The notes under the pieces: model-generated | Database searches by the model: none | Told to the model about the DNA's origin: nothing | Seen by the model: the letters and a program-made list of their open reading frames with translations, nothing else | NCBI RefSeq assembly: GCF_964204645.1 | Contig: NC_134031.1 | Span: 16,913,807-16,977,806 of the forward strand | Length of the DNA: 64,000 nucleotides | Direction: 5' to 3' | DNA from: Tubulanus polymorphus | Taxonomy: Eukaryota > Animalia > Nemertea | In this document: positions 35,401 through 50,400 of the stretch, one piece after another | How the letters are laid out: each line of letters opens with the position of its first letter | How positions within the stretch are numbered: position 1 is the stretch's first letter | Position numbers and translations under genes: made by a program

Positions 35401-38400
35401 GATCGTTGTATGAATATATACTCGATACAGACCGGATAATGAACGATGAATAACTAGAATAGAATAGTATCTGTGCCGGGGCGGATCCAGGGGGAATCGT
35501 ACGAGTCCATCAAATATTTTTGAGTGCCCTTTTTCATTTTTTCAACAAAGATAGTTGGTGCATTTCAGTGCGGTCGTGCCCTTAATATTGCCTCTTTGGA
35601 CATCGAAGTGCCTTTTGGGATGTTCGTCAAAATTGGCCTCTTGCTTCTGCTTTGTAATGACGCTAGCATAAAAATTTCATAAGTAACAGCGTTACTCGTT
35701 TTAATGAATTGACATTATAATCGCAGAGTTGCAGTTTTCGAAGCAGCACGCGATGATAATATTTGTTGGCTGAATATGGTTTAATCTTAAGAAACGAAGC
35801 CAAAACACCTTCATATTTCACTCAGTGCTTGAAGGACTTCATTGAGTCGAATTTATACCATTCGATACCTCACTGTTCAGGATGCCCTTTCAGTGCTGAC
35901 ATCAATACGCGAAAGTGCTGGAGATGATTTGAAAATTTAAAAAAATTCCACCGCAGCGCGTTGAATAACAGGTATACCGCTATAGTACATCGTATCATTA
36001 GTTACTAACATTACCCCATGTTTGACAGGTGCTGCCATCTTTCAATAGAGATTAGAACTAATTTCTAATAACATCAATACACCATGGTGCGGCGTACTAG
36101 CAAAGTCCATCACCGATTTATACACTTTGTTGTGGTGTAAACGCACTGAAAGGGTTAAGTCTTTGAAATATAGCACCACAGGTATGGAATACATTTCCCG
36201 ATATATGAAATACTTGATGATTTTCTGCTATGTGTATATAATGGGCCTCTGAAAAGTCTGTTTTCATTTTCTGAAGAACTGCTGAAAACTCTTACTGGAT
36301 ATTGAATGACATTGTGATAACGTGCTCACGTATATAAATGCATTTACAACTCCACGAATCACATTAGAATCAAAATGAAAATTGTCAGTTACTTTCACTT
36401 CAGCGCATAAAAAAGCTCTATTTCTCGCATAAAATGCTTTTTGAATAATTCGATAAAGCTATCTTTACCACACAGCACCGCGCATCTGCTCAATAGAAAA
36501 TAGAAAACATCTTCTGCTTATGATAGATTTTTCGTGTTTTTAAATTGTAGCAGGTCAATGGAGGTTTGAGAACGCTTCGAAACTTTTATTCTCGAAATCA
36601 ATGCGGCTTTCGCTTTCTGGCTTATCGATGGAATTCAAATGTAGTTCTTTTTTAAATCTATAGACGCGACTCGGGAAGGCACTCCACGTTTTCGGATAAA
36701 GATAGAAGCTGTTGAAAATTAATAATACGTTTCGTAAAATCGAAAGGTCGCGTGGTGGTACCCAATAATATTTGTTCAGCGACGGAAAAAGCCAAAGGGA
36801 CAAAATGCTAATGGACAATTAGGCAATCGATATCGAAGGAAGATAAATATTCGCTGAAAGCAAAGTCTTGTATAATAGCTTACCTGCCGGGCAAGGCTTC
36901 GCCCAAACAAGTAATAAAACATATCCTGAAAATATTCACGAATTCAGTAAAAGACGCTAGGGAAACAGAAGGCTTTTTACCAGGCGTCGAATTAACGACG
37001 TCGTTCTTCGAGTAGGATATTACGCCGGTTTTGAGAATCGCTTTTTATGAGCGCGGATTTAACGGCAACACGCGAAACATCTACTCAATCGAGGACTCGT
37101 TCAACTCCTCATTAAAAGTTGTTTTTGAAGAACGCGAACGATGACACGCTTTCAAGTTTTAAATCGAACATGAAAACCATGGATCAATCGAAGGGAAGTC
37201 TCTTCTAAAGCGAGGAGCAAGCGTTTATGCACGACGTCAAGGAATTAGAAGCGCATACTCTTTATGGAATTGTTGAAAAAGGAAATTGATGCAAACTATA
37301 AGGTATCGGATGCCCAGATTAATGAAGTTGGACCTATGTGAGTGTGTGTGAAATCATCCAGTAGAAGATTGTCTTCTTTTTCCATTGCGCGAAGCTGCTT
37401 CTTACCTTTTTCTTTTTCTGCAAGATGACTTTCACTCCGGACGTGGAAACTGCTAAAGTCACCTTCTTCTTTTTGATCGCTTTCGCCTTGAACTCGTACT
37501 GCAATGGATAAACACGCGGACTGAATTATTAAAGGGTTTACGCGACGTTCGAACGACTTTTAAATGAAATTTAAAAAAATCTAAAGCAATAATTAGTATG
37601 ATTCAATTCTTCTGTTACATTCAAGCAATAAATCAAAAATGAGTAACTTTAAATTATAAAGAGATAAAGCCCTAACTCAATGTGAACAAGAAAACTTAAT
37701 TGAAAGTTTATCAACGCCTTGAAAAATAGCACACATATATTGCTTAATATTGTCGACAATGAATAATATGATATAAATTACATAATATCTATAATCAATG
37801 AAGTTATTATGTATTTGAATATAAGGCAAACTCAACCAGTGGCAAATTCCACCATTGGCAAACTCAACCAGTGGCAAATTCTACCATTGGCAAACTCAAT
37901 CAGTGGCAAACTCAACCAGTGGCAAATTCCACCCTTGGCAAACTCAACCATTGGCAAACTCAACCAGTGGCAAATTCTACCATTGGCAAACTCAACCAGT
38001 GGCAAATTCTACCATTGGCAAACTAAACCAGTGGCAAACTCAACCAGTTGCAAATTCTACCATTGGCAAACTCAATCAGTGGCAAACTCAACCAGTGGCA
38101 AACTAAACCAGTGGCAAATTCTACCATTGGCAAACTCAATCAGTGGCAAACACTCAAGGAATACACAACATCGTCTACACAGAAAACAATGACAATATCG
38201 TTACAATTCCGTGATATCTGAAATCCTGTGAGACGTCGGAACGATAGCTTACAAATTACCCGAGTGGAAATGATTTATAACTTTCTCCCTCTCGATGAAA
38301 GGTAGAAATAAGATGGATAGGTGTACGCGCTGTAGCATTATTGCTGCTGAAGAATCCTGATTCTCTGGAGGCAAGTTGTTCTCATCAATTAACCACCTAC

Positions 38401-41400
38401 TGAAGAGTATATAGTCGAGTCTGGTTGAAATAGTTCAACCGCGGATATACCGCCTCTCGAGCCGAACATCTATACTTAAGCCATTTTTTGCGCAAGTAGC
38501 TTTCGTTACATGTATCTGTTAGAAAAAAACAACAATTCATCGTCGCTGATAAAACTTCGGCATTCCCGATAATGAAGCCGAAGGGCTTTATCTGGTTTTA
38601 TCCGGGATCTCAGCAGCTCCATCAGCTGCAAGCGGCATTTCTCAGACTGATTAAGATTATGTAAGTACAAGATAAAGTAAAGAAGCAAGAAATAGTTATG
38701 TATACCTAATATCAGGGAACAGCACTTGATGTAATGATGAATGTAAGTTGTCCCTTTGGGGGCCATAGTAATCCAATCCGGGGCTCAATTAGTGATTGGC
38801 TCTGGAGCTTTGATGGCTGAAGCTTTCGAGGGTACTCATAGAAAATATTTTCTATTGGAAGAAATATGGTTAATTGGAAAGCCAGTGATTGCTGACAAAG
38901 TGCTCACGAAGAATATAAGTTCTCTGGGGAGAGGCTGACCACATCGCCCGACAGGTCGTATACCTCCTAGTGAATATACCATGAAAAAATTGCCACAGTA
39001 GTTAGAACCAGTAATTGATACGCTGAGTTTTCAAGAAATACATAATTGTACAGGGGGAAAAGTTGCCCACTTCTTCAATCATCGAATATCATGAGAAGAA
39101 TCTCCGCCGGTAATAAGGACTTCGCCGCGACAATTGATGCGTCTACAGTTTTCAGCCTCTAACCGTCGAGATGCCGCGCGGTTAAATGACAGGTAAGGAA
39201 ATCCGTTTGACAGTCGATTGACTGCAATTGATCGCATGAATGCCAATGTTTCACGTTCGCTGCGAAAAGTCGATAACACTAATCTCGACGTGACAGAGCG
39301 AGAATAACTTTCTTCGATTCCTTGAAAAAAGTCTCCGCCGATGAGAACGATTCCACGCGCCACGCGCGTGTGTGTAAAATTAACCGTCTGAATGGCGGTT
39401 TTTAACGCCGGTTATTATTACGCAGCTATTGCAGTAGAGAAGATAGGATTCTACGACGAAAACGTTTTGTCACGTTTGCCTGGGAGAGAATTGTTCAGCA
39501 TCTGATTAAGAATTGATGGAGTTTCCAGTCGGTAGTCGTATTCATAAGCATAAACAAAAATAACGCGAAAGAACGAAGTGTAACTCGATGCATCTGTTGA
39601 CACTGGCGACCACTTCTCTGTGCCGGCATTATATCGCATGAATCATGGTCATTGCTCTCGGTTTCCAGTAACCGGTTAACGTCAGAAGAACAACCATATA
39701 TGCATAAACATATCTACAGTACGTTCTAAGATGTTCTACCAACAGAAACATTGAAGATGGTTTCCATTGTCAAGTGACTGTCTATAATTGAAACAAATGA
39801 ACGAAAAACCTATAATATTGAAGGAAAACTAGGAGAGAAGTGACACTTTGACTCAATTGCTGTGGGCCATTTATAAAACTGAACATCTTGAAAATGGCTC
39901 AGTCAAAATTCAGTCAAAATGTCGCCACTCTCATATGTTCATCTTCAATTTTGTGATGTTTATTCTTCAACATCGCAGATCAACAGAAAATCTGACATTG
40001 GAATCACACAAGCATTTTTTTGCCCGGAACAACTGTTCACACGGGTGTCAAATGGCCAGACGGCCCAGAATTGGCCCTAACAAAAAGGTCGGACCAGGCC
40101 TGAGCCATATTTATTGTTGCATGTGAATTGCAACTGGTTCACTTCGTTTTGTTTAAGCATTGTTTAGTATCGAGTGAATGGATTACGTGTGAACGCACTC
40201 TCTAATACAGGCCAAATTTTACTCCAGATCCTGTGCCAAATCATCTCCGCATGATCATGGCTTTAATGTTCCAGTTGAAGATGAATATTTGAAACAAAAG
40301 GCCCAGATGTTGGAAAGAAAAGGCAATTTTCAAAGTGGACAGCAGCAGTAGCACAACATCATGAGATTATCAGACGACAAGCCGCAGAAAAACTACTTCC
40401 GAATGACTGCAATCAGAGGCTGGCGTTCTTTACTGCAGGCAACAATTTGTCCGTATCGCGACAACCTTAATTACGCATTCATCCCTCATGTACAATACAT
40501 TCCACGCGACAAGAAATTAAATTCCCATAAGACCAAACCGAGTCCCGCGGCCATTTTCCGCAAAAAGAATCAATTCGGTTTATTCCCGTCGTCGTGCACG
40601 CGCGCGCGTCCTCACGAGTGACGGCGAAATCACCCCGGTTACCCGGGCGCCGGAAAACAATTAAATTTACCTCGCAAAAACACACCCGTGGCAAGCGGCG
40701 AAGTTGCGTCTCTGCGGAGAGCCGAGGCTAATTGACAGTTGCGCGGACTTCTTAATCACGAGAACCGTCGACAGCGGGATTTAATGGTTTTTCGTCGTCG
40801 AATAAAGCAGCCCGAGACGCCCAAGGTACAATCGACGATGCTTTTAACAAATAAACGGCTTGTTAATGCAAAGAAACCGGTGTGTACGCTAACACACAGG
40901 CAATATTGTGTACACACTAAATGGCGGATAATGGAGTCTCTTGACGAAAAAACGATTCCCGTGAATTAGCCATCGTGATGTAACACTAACCGGCACTCAG
41001 AGACAGCTCTCACGTAAACGTGATAATCTTGATTTATATATTCATTAAGATAATTAGATTAGTCAACAAAGATAGAGGAAATGAGAAAATGAATTGCCCA
41101 TGGGCAAAGTGGTTTACCTTGAAAACTGGAGATTGTTCGGAGCAAGGGCATTGCTTATGAGAAATCTTTCTAATTCTTGAGTTCAAAGTTCTATTTTATA
41201 TTGTATTTCATCTTTTTCGAAGAATTATTTTGTAGTCAAATAAGATAAAAAATATACATTTGTTTACGGTCTATGTCCAATAATTAATTAATCAAATTTT
41301 GGTCTTGCCCACTAATCCGAGAACGGTGGAGCCGCTCCTCATGAATAACTTTAAATCGAAAATGAATTGGAAATAATTCATGTAGTCTCGGCAGACAAAG

Positions 41401-44400
41401 CTTACGACTTGACACTCCTTCAGTCCAGTCGGATTTCTGACTAGGAACCCGCCCATTAATTCTGCAAATAGTCGGGCAAACGACTCCTGAAGTCGTAAGA
41501 CTGATGTGAGCCATTAAGCGGCGAAACGCCATCAGCACAAATTCAATCGGCAATCAACAAGTAATTAGGGAAAACGAGCAGAATCGAATGAACGTTTAAT
41601 CACTGTTTCTCCAGACGTAATAAGCTGCATTTCTTTTCAAAACGCTCGCTCGAAACTGATTGAATTCATCGGCCGCAAAGTCGTTAATGAAAGCGCAGTA
41701 AAATTACGAATGACTTTCAGGCAATTATCGCCAGACGAAATGAAGACTAAATGCGATACGATGTGTTACCGCGCCGGTTGTGCTTCACTCGCTGTACGAC
41801 AAATGATAAAACGGTGTTCGTTGAATAGAGACACAACACGCTACTGTTCGATATACTGTAGCGTTCTCTTTTTCGTGTTATGTTGTGGTATCCGAAAAAA
41901 ACTTTCACTGGCTTTTTTTTAAACAAACTGATGACAATGGTTTACGCGATTTAGAGGCTGTTGCATGCGACATAAACGAAATTACAAACAACGACCTTTT
42001 TCTATGTTTGAATACGGTCTGCTCTAAACAAATGCACCTGCGTGTGAACACAGGATTGATTAGAACACGGACATACATGTCCACGATGAGAGCGGTCACT
42101 TAGATCATCAAACACGTTCACAATACACTCTACATTCTAAACTTAGTCCCATGTTCTCCGCAACATATTTTAGAGGGGCGGCCACCCCTTTCATTCTAAA
42201 TTCAACCCCTCTGAAAATGAGGTACCCCTCATCAAATATCAGCTGCTCCTACCAGAATGGATATCAAATATTCTATCGACGATGATAATTTCTTTGAAAT
42301 ATATTGAGCTAATGGAGAATAGACGATTACACCTAAGTTAGGGACTCTATTTTCTGTCTATGTTTTAGGGGCGATTGAAAACCTTGCTAGTTCAGCAGCC
42401 GTGATTTCATACACTCAACAATGAATGCAGCCCCTTAAAAATTCCAGCACATGGATAACACTGTTGTCCGTTTCAATTTAGAACAGACACTCGTGAAAGG
42501 TCCATTTTTTTAGCCCGTTTAAAATTGTATGCCTATGCACTGCATTGATTTGGTTCTGGTCCACAGGTACGAACCAACCACCTGATAATGATACATACCC
42601 TAACCCTACCCTTAACCACTAGACCCTAATTTCCGCAGTTGAAAAAGCGGCCATTTTGTTTTTGAGGATCGTTCGCTTGGTTATAGCATGTACTCGAGAG
42701 TCCATGGTTATAGGAACTGACATTTAGCGCGAAACACGAGCGGCTATTTCATTCCCTTCAAACGGAGTCGTGTTGACGGATGAATACGGCGCTCGCCGCT
42801 CAACCCGGAGCATCCTTCGTTTACGAGTACGAAACTGAATTACTTCGCGTCATTGTTACGATGTGTTCGGGTTTCGCAATCAGTTTACGACCGTCGACGA
42901 TTCGATGAATTACCGAGCGAAATTACGATAATTCCGAACACCGACCGCGCGTCGATCTCGAAAATTGCTTTTCAATTTCGGCGTCGTTACCGTCAAAGTC
43001 AGTTTGCGCGTTCTCCCTGATTTCTGATGCGTCGTCTGTTTGCGTCGTAATGAGCGCGTATTTAACGACGCGACATCGAACCGCGAAAACCTTCGCAAAT
43101 TCTATTTACGATACACGAGACACAAACTTCCCCCCTACCCCCCCCCCGAAGTAGTTTCCCAAGGCGATTCATCGTTACTTACCATCGGAAAACTTTCCCA
43201 AGGCGATTCATCGTTACTTACCATCGTAAAACTTATCACGAGTTCAACTACTCGTTTTGTAATCTTTTTGAATTATTGTCAACCACGAAATAGAAATCGG
43301 GAAATAGAAATAGATCTGAAAAATCGAATTTATCACAAGGAAGTTTAAGTGCAAAAACGACGGTCGTATTAGAGAAGTCAATTTAGATACGACTACTCAA
43401 ACAGACCCTTGGCACTTCTAGCGGCAACAAAAAGCACTTTATCGCCGTAAATATAGTCGAAAGTTTTGATTCAGTGAGGCCACTTTTTATATATTTGATT
43501 CATCTTTTTCCTTGACTACTCCTTGACATGCACGTTGTTTTCCATGACTTCATCTGCTAAGAATCCGATCAATTAACACAGTCAAATAAGCAAGACTTAC
43601 GGAAACTTTTGATTTTACGTGTGATCTAGCAATCTCAACCTGACTCTCCCCAGATTTTTAGCATTTTAGCAAAATTACCCGACTTTTTTATTCCTAATTT
43701 TTTTCAAAGAAAATTACCTGACACTATTGATAAATCAAAATATCAGGTTTTGTGGTGAAAATATAGAGAGACAATGATAACGAAAGACAAAGTCCGAAAA
43801 TGTTTTCTAGAGCCAGTAGATCATTAGATCTAATAGTCGTAATTCTAATTCCACCACTTTTCCCTGATTTCCAGGTTAGCCTGAAAAATACATAAACTTC
43901 TCCAATAAAGAAAAGTCGAGTAAGAGTTTGATAAAAATGGTTATTTACGCAGTGGAAGCAAATAGTACATGCACCGGGTAGATGATGGTAGTGTGAATGG
44001 AACAAGATACAGTCAATAATTCAGAGCAATAACCAGAGTGAATAACAACCCCCTCATTGGCAATAAAACACACACTAGGTAATACCATCAAATAATAATG
44101 TGATTGAAGCCGTACAAGACGAGATAAACTGTTTTATAAGTAGATTGATATCAGGGGGTGAGTTTGATTTGATGTATCTAGTAAAACTTTCCGAGCGACC
44201 TGGATTTCAGGCATTGAAGTTTTTTTTGAAATACGAATATTATTTGCAGCAATTTGAGAGTTAGCTGGAAACTGTAGCCTTGGCTCTTAGAATGGCGAAA
44301 ACAGTGTTTAGTTACTGCGATGACGAAAATCGAAGGCATCACAGTCTGTGACTCCAAGTTCCGAAAAATTAATGCAGAGGAGTAGAAAAGATACATGCAT

Positions 44401-47400
44401 AAGTGCCCTTTGAGGTTCCGCAGAAAACTGTTCTACAAATGAATTTACGTAAAAATTCACATCTTCATCTAAATTTTCATATTTCCGGATTTTTCAAAGA
44501 AATTCCAACATTAAGAATTTTTCACATTTTTCATATCAATTTCAACGCTACGACATGATGGGATCCGATGTACTGAATTTACGAGCAGGTATCTGCTAAC
44601 AATTTACAACACATATTCAAGAAGTTATCGAAACAACTAAGACTCTTTCATCGCCATGTAAGTCTGTAAGTCTGATCGTTAGGACCCGTGTTGCTCGTAA
44701 AGCTAGCTGATTTGTTTTATGATATATTGCTACCAAAAGAAATACCGGGATAAAATATAAGGAAATTTCCAGGTCACATCCGCGAACATAATCGAATACG
44801 ATCAAATCGGGTGTGAAATAGGCGTAATGATACGAATACTAATTATATGATAATTACGTGCAATATTAATGAACCTCTGAATGCGATAACGATGATAAGT
44901 ATCGGTTTCATGTTGTTGTGATCGCAATTAACAATGACGTTAAAGCCAATCGTTGTTTGATTACGGAGCCCGGGTCTCAGTCCGTTTGATAGGTACGTCT
45001 CATTAGGGAGTAATTACACCGCGCACCGCTGCGATGTTGATTCGTTTCCGTGATCAGCATCCGAGCAGCACCACCGGTAACAAGATGATTTCACCTGCGA
45101 AATTCAAATTGCTCCGGTCAGGACTTCGTTTATCGCGTGTCTGCGGAGGAAGAGATTTGTCGATGGAGAGCGGTAAATAACAGCTTACGATCAGCAGCTT
45201 ACACAGTAATACATCCATCATTCGCGACATCATTAACGAATCAGCGTTTAAACCTGAAGTCACACCTCATTTGTGGCTTATAGCTGTGAAATGTCAGTCG
45301 GACGAACGCAGAATGACAAAACATAACTCAAAACAAATCCCAAATCCGACTACGAATTTGATCGTAAAAAGCGTTTCGTTCAACAAATTAGAACGGGCAT
45401 CTTAAACTCATAACTGTTTCAAAATCGATCATCGCTCATTTTATTCAGGTCGCTATCTTAAGCACTATCATTGATTTGCTTTGGTTTGTGTCTTGAGAAG
45501 GGGTGTAACGATTAAGAGAAGTGACAGTGATATTACGCGCACTCAACGGGGATCGAAACCAGGTCTCGTAAGTAGAAAGCAAAAACCAGTAGACCAATAG
45601 AACTAGTCCACTTGGTCAGTGGTTATACAGCTTGTCCTATATTCCTAACAGACGTAACCAAACTTTTTCATTCCCGGACTTTCTTTTTAAAGAAAAGGAA
45701 ATTCCCTGACACCATTGATAAATATCCGGTGTTTTGGTGATAATATAGAGAGACAATGATAACGAAAGACTAAGTCCGAAAATGTTTTTTAGAGCCAGTA
45801 GATCATTCGTTGTTCTGACTGTATTCCAATAGTAAGGAGACCAGGAATCGAACCTAGGTCTCAAGTGTGGTAAGCAAGTGTGCTAACCAGTACACCAATA
45901 CAACTGTCTGTCTTGGCCAGTGGTTAAACAGCTTGTCCTTATGCCTAACAGGGGGGGGGTTCCCATGATAAAATAGATGATAAAATAGATAAACGAATCA
46001 AGAATCTGTTAGTTCTTTATGGATATTCAAATCCGAATACGACTTCATTGAATTCAAAATCCGGTATCACTGTCACATGCATGCTTTTGAGAAAGCGCGA
46101 TTCACTTAATCATATCAGACAGCTTTCAGACATTGCAGATCGTTCTAGATTTTGAAATTCTGAAAACTTACATAATTTTCATAATCAAGCCATGCGACCG
46201 CGCGGTAGAGCGTGCGGCGACGTTCTCAAGTCGTCATTCATTTTTCGCATCGATTTTGACAATTTTTCAATAACGACGCTTAAGAGCGAAGGGAATGAAC
46301 GAACGAACGTGCGCTAGAGAGAAACAAGACAACTCAATCATTCGAACACACACTGCCTTCAATCGCGGTCATGAATTTTTCATTAGCCGCCGATTCTTTT
46401 CAATCCGTCGCCGGATTTCCGATAGCGCAAAAACGAAAAAAGATGATAACGTAAAGTCTAACTCGGATCCGATCCTCAGGACACTCATGTCGCATCGCGA
46501 GGTCGAATCGTCGATTCGGCTAAGATTCTTTTGTCGGATCTTAGCTACGCTCAGGTCACCCTAGATCCACGATCGTTTTGAACCGAACGCTTAACCCTTT
46601 CAGTGCGACTACACCACAGTGCAGTGTTTAAATCAGTGATAGATTTTTCTAGTACACTGCAATGCGGTGTATTGATGTAGTTGGTAATTATCTCTCTTGA
46701 AAAATGGCAGCACCCGTCAAACATAGAAATATTAGTAACTTACGATACACCGCGCCGCGGTGTAGACGCATTATAGTGGTATTCCCATTATTCAACACAC
46801 TAGGGTGGAATTTCTAAAAATTTTCAAATTATCTCCAGCACTATAGGGTATTAATTAGTCAGCACTGAAAGGGTTAAGTCATGTGATGTAACATCGCTGT
46901 TCATTGGCTGCGAACTTACGATCGGTCATGAGTGCACTCAGGTAACGTAAGATACATTCCGAGCATCGTAAAAAATAGTATATGTACGATTGGCTTTTGA
47001 TTGGTCTTGCGATCAGTTTTAACAATCAGTACATTCATTTGTGTCCTGAGTTGAGACGTGGTTGAACCATCTTTTTCATTGGTAGGGATTCAATTCAATT
47101 CAATTCAATATATATATATTTGCATAGAAAAGGTTAACATATATACAATCTACACAGGCCTAGCCAGAAAGGCCGCTTAATGCTCGCATTCATACAACAA
47201 AACAAAACAAAGTACCGTAACAAAAATATACACAAGTAAATATGTAAATACAAGGTCCTCATTAGACGTGGACATAAAATCATATGAATAAAGATTGCTT
47301 TCCACGTTCACGGCGCATCAGCGGCAGTTGTAAATGTCCCACTAGTTTTACGAGCGAGCGGTTTCATGAGCGTCGTAAAAAGGTGACTGGAAGTTCAATC

Positions 47401-50400
47401 GCAGGACGATGCTGATGTCACGATGGTTAAACAGCGGTGGGTCATCATCTCCCGATGGATCGCAGGGCCGAGTCGTGTCGGGTACGTAGAACACGTACAA
47501 GCGCCACCGGCGCGCGATATTACGATCGCTGAATACCGATCAGGCTTTTTAATCAGCTAATGGCCAGGTCAATGCGGAAATTGCCAGGATGCCATCGGTT
47601 AAAAAGCGAATTGTGAATCTCATCCTGATATGGCAATCCGGAACATTATATTTCATTAGCCGCGATCACTTGAGCACTTTCGGCCCAAAGCAACTGTTCA
47701 CAAGGGTGCCAAATGGACCCGTGCCTGTTTGGCCCTACCCAAATTCCTATTGGTCATAATGGTTCGTGTGAACTGGTGCTGGAAGTGATTTGATTCACTT
47801 CGCTTTGTTCAAGCATTGTTTAGTATCGAGTGAATGGTTTAAGCGTGAATGCGCTCTCTCTAATTAGACACAGACCAAATATGACTCGGGCCTAACCCAT
47901 GGCAAATCTGCTAGGGCCGAGTAATCTGCGTGTGATCACGGCTATTAATATTCGCCAGAAGTTCTACATATCTATTTCAAAAATGAATATTTTTTTCGGA
48001 TAAAACCCAATTTCAAGGCCCACAGATACTTATGATCAATTGTAAATCATGGTTGCACTTAAGGATCTGATTTCATAATAGGTTAATACTGTAACCGTGG
48101 GCAACATTTCTAGAGATTACTGTCATTAGCACTCAGCGTCTGATAATTGCTACTGTTACTTATCCGACTATTGATAACGATTTATGCCTAGGGGTAACTT
48201 CAATACCCAAAATAGATAAACGCAGTTATTATCATCAGACAAATGACGATGGACCTCTGGCATCCGGCATATCAACAAGCGAGAGAAAATTCGTACACTT
48301 CCTCTTAAGCTTTAATTATGTTTTTCGATTGATAGGGAGTTCGATGAGTGCGTCGACGATGCGGGGCTCGGTATTTTAGAAATGCGCGATACGACACAAT
48401 CGGAAGTCGGTCGATCTGAATCGTCGCTCGTTAACTATCGACGGAATGTCATCCACGCGTTAGCGTCAATTGTCGGCCTTTTTTTTCGTATTTTCGAATA
48501 TCGCTTCGCGTTCGTCGCGATCTCTCGGCTTCGGGCGTCGAACGAAATTAAATTTTTGCATATATTTGCGAACGACGTCCCGCGGGCTTTAAAACGAATG
48601 GAAAGAATACAATGTCGTTGATCACCGCGACTTCAAATTTTATTCCGAAGATGAATCGAATGAGAGCGAAGTGAACGAGGCCTTGAGATAGAAAATTGAA
48701 TATTAAAAGATATAGAAAGTTGGAGAGATATTTGGAAAGCGAGTTTGATGCAGGGAAACATTGGATACAGGAGAAGGAAACATGTTTCCGAGTGTTTCCG
48801 TATGTGGTGTACATTTTCAAAAAAAAAAAATGGTTTTGGGAAACAATAATTCCAAGATCAGATATCCATAATTCTGTGTTTCTATGTTGTGCACATTTAT
48901 GAGAAATAAGAAATATGGTTTCCGAGATGAAAAATCCTTAATTTTGTGTTTCTCTGTGTCGTCTGCATTTAAGAGAAACAAGAAACATTGTTTCCGTGAT
49001 CAAGCATCCTTAATTTTGTGTTTCTCTGTGTCGTCTGCATTCACAAGAAACAAGAAACATGGTTTCCGTGATCAAAATTCCTTGATTTTGTGTTTCTCTG
49101 CGTTGCGTGCACGAGAAATGAGAAACACCTGTAATCAAACATGTTTAATTCGGTACTTCCCTGTGTCGAGTGCGTTAGGCTTTAAAGGGCAGAGTTGGAA
49201 AGAGAAGAGAGAAGGAAAGAGACGAAAGGAATGACACGTAAGGAATCAAACATAAGGAAAGAGAGTAAGGAATGAGAGGTAAGGAATGAGAGGTAAGGAA
49301 TGAGAGGAAAGGAAGGAGACGTAAGGAATGAGAGGTAAGGAATGAGACGTAAGGAATGAGACATTAGGAATGACAGGTAAGGAATGACAGGTAAGGAATG
49401 ACAGGTGAGAATGAGACGTAAGGAATGAGACGTAACTAATGAGAGGTAAGGAATGACTGGTAAGGAATGACAGGTAAGGAATGAGAGGGATGTAGAGGTA
49501 TGATGAAAGAGTGAGACGAGAGAAGGAAGCCGGGCACCGGACGTCGGATGATGATGTGATTTTGTCGGAGCTCATTTCACGGAAACTCGTACGTGATTTT
49601 AACGAGCGGTACAATCGCGTATAACGTCGTCGTCAAACCAACTGAAAAATGATTTCCTACGAGGCATTGTCGCGTGTAATTACCTAATCATACATGCGCT
49701 TTTATCTGCTCTCATCTGCCTCCGAGTGTTTCGTCAATTACACTGGAAAATAACCTGATTAACTAACGCGGGCGAAAAACGAAAAGCCCGTCATCAAAAT
49801 TCACTTGTCCGATCTTAATACGCTGGCGGTGATTTACAAGCCATCGCGCCCATACCTGCAACAACATAGATAATTATACGCGGAATACTAAATTTAGCTC
49901 GTTCGGATTGGGATGGTTTCAACAAAAAAATCCAATCATTAGTTCTATCGGCGACAGAGTGATTTTCCAGGAAAGTCATTTGAACTACGATGTACCAGGA
50001 AGGTTGGCGTTCGTGTTATAAGTATGCATGAATATTCGGATAAAATCGTTGAAGTAATTGTGTACAAAATAACGTATCAAATGATCAATAGAGTCAGATT
50101 ATCTACGGACACAATATGAAAGCGGCTGGAGATGATTGCTATCTTAATTACATGTTATGGAACATGAATCTTTTTTGATGAACATCGATGTTCCAACTAG
50201 GAAATCATTTATGGATGAATTTATAACGTTCTCAGTTTGTTCGAAGCTTGTAGTGGCTAAGAGTGGTTCGAGCATCAAGGATTCATGGGTTGAATCCTCG
50301 GCTAGTACCAGATTACCGCATAACGTTATCAAAACTGATCTAAATCTAGTCCATTCCAAGCGTTTATACTAACAAGTTTATAGGTCTAGTTTATATGTCC

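Noticed and set aside
37809-38192. Repetitive ORFs of 127 aa and 83 aa, and a CRISPR-like appearance
   Set aside because: They are translations of a 16-bp minisatellite with no unique spacers, in a eukaryotic intron.
45838-45905. Functional tRNA gene
   Set aside because: A and B boxes are present but the acceptor and anticodon stems do not pair; better explained as a tRNA-derived repeat.
48884-49614. ORFs of 116, 60 and 122 aa with repeated peptides
   Set aside because: They arise from 72-bp MITE-internal repeats and the 14-bp minisatellite.
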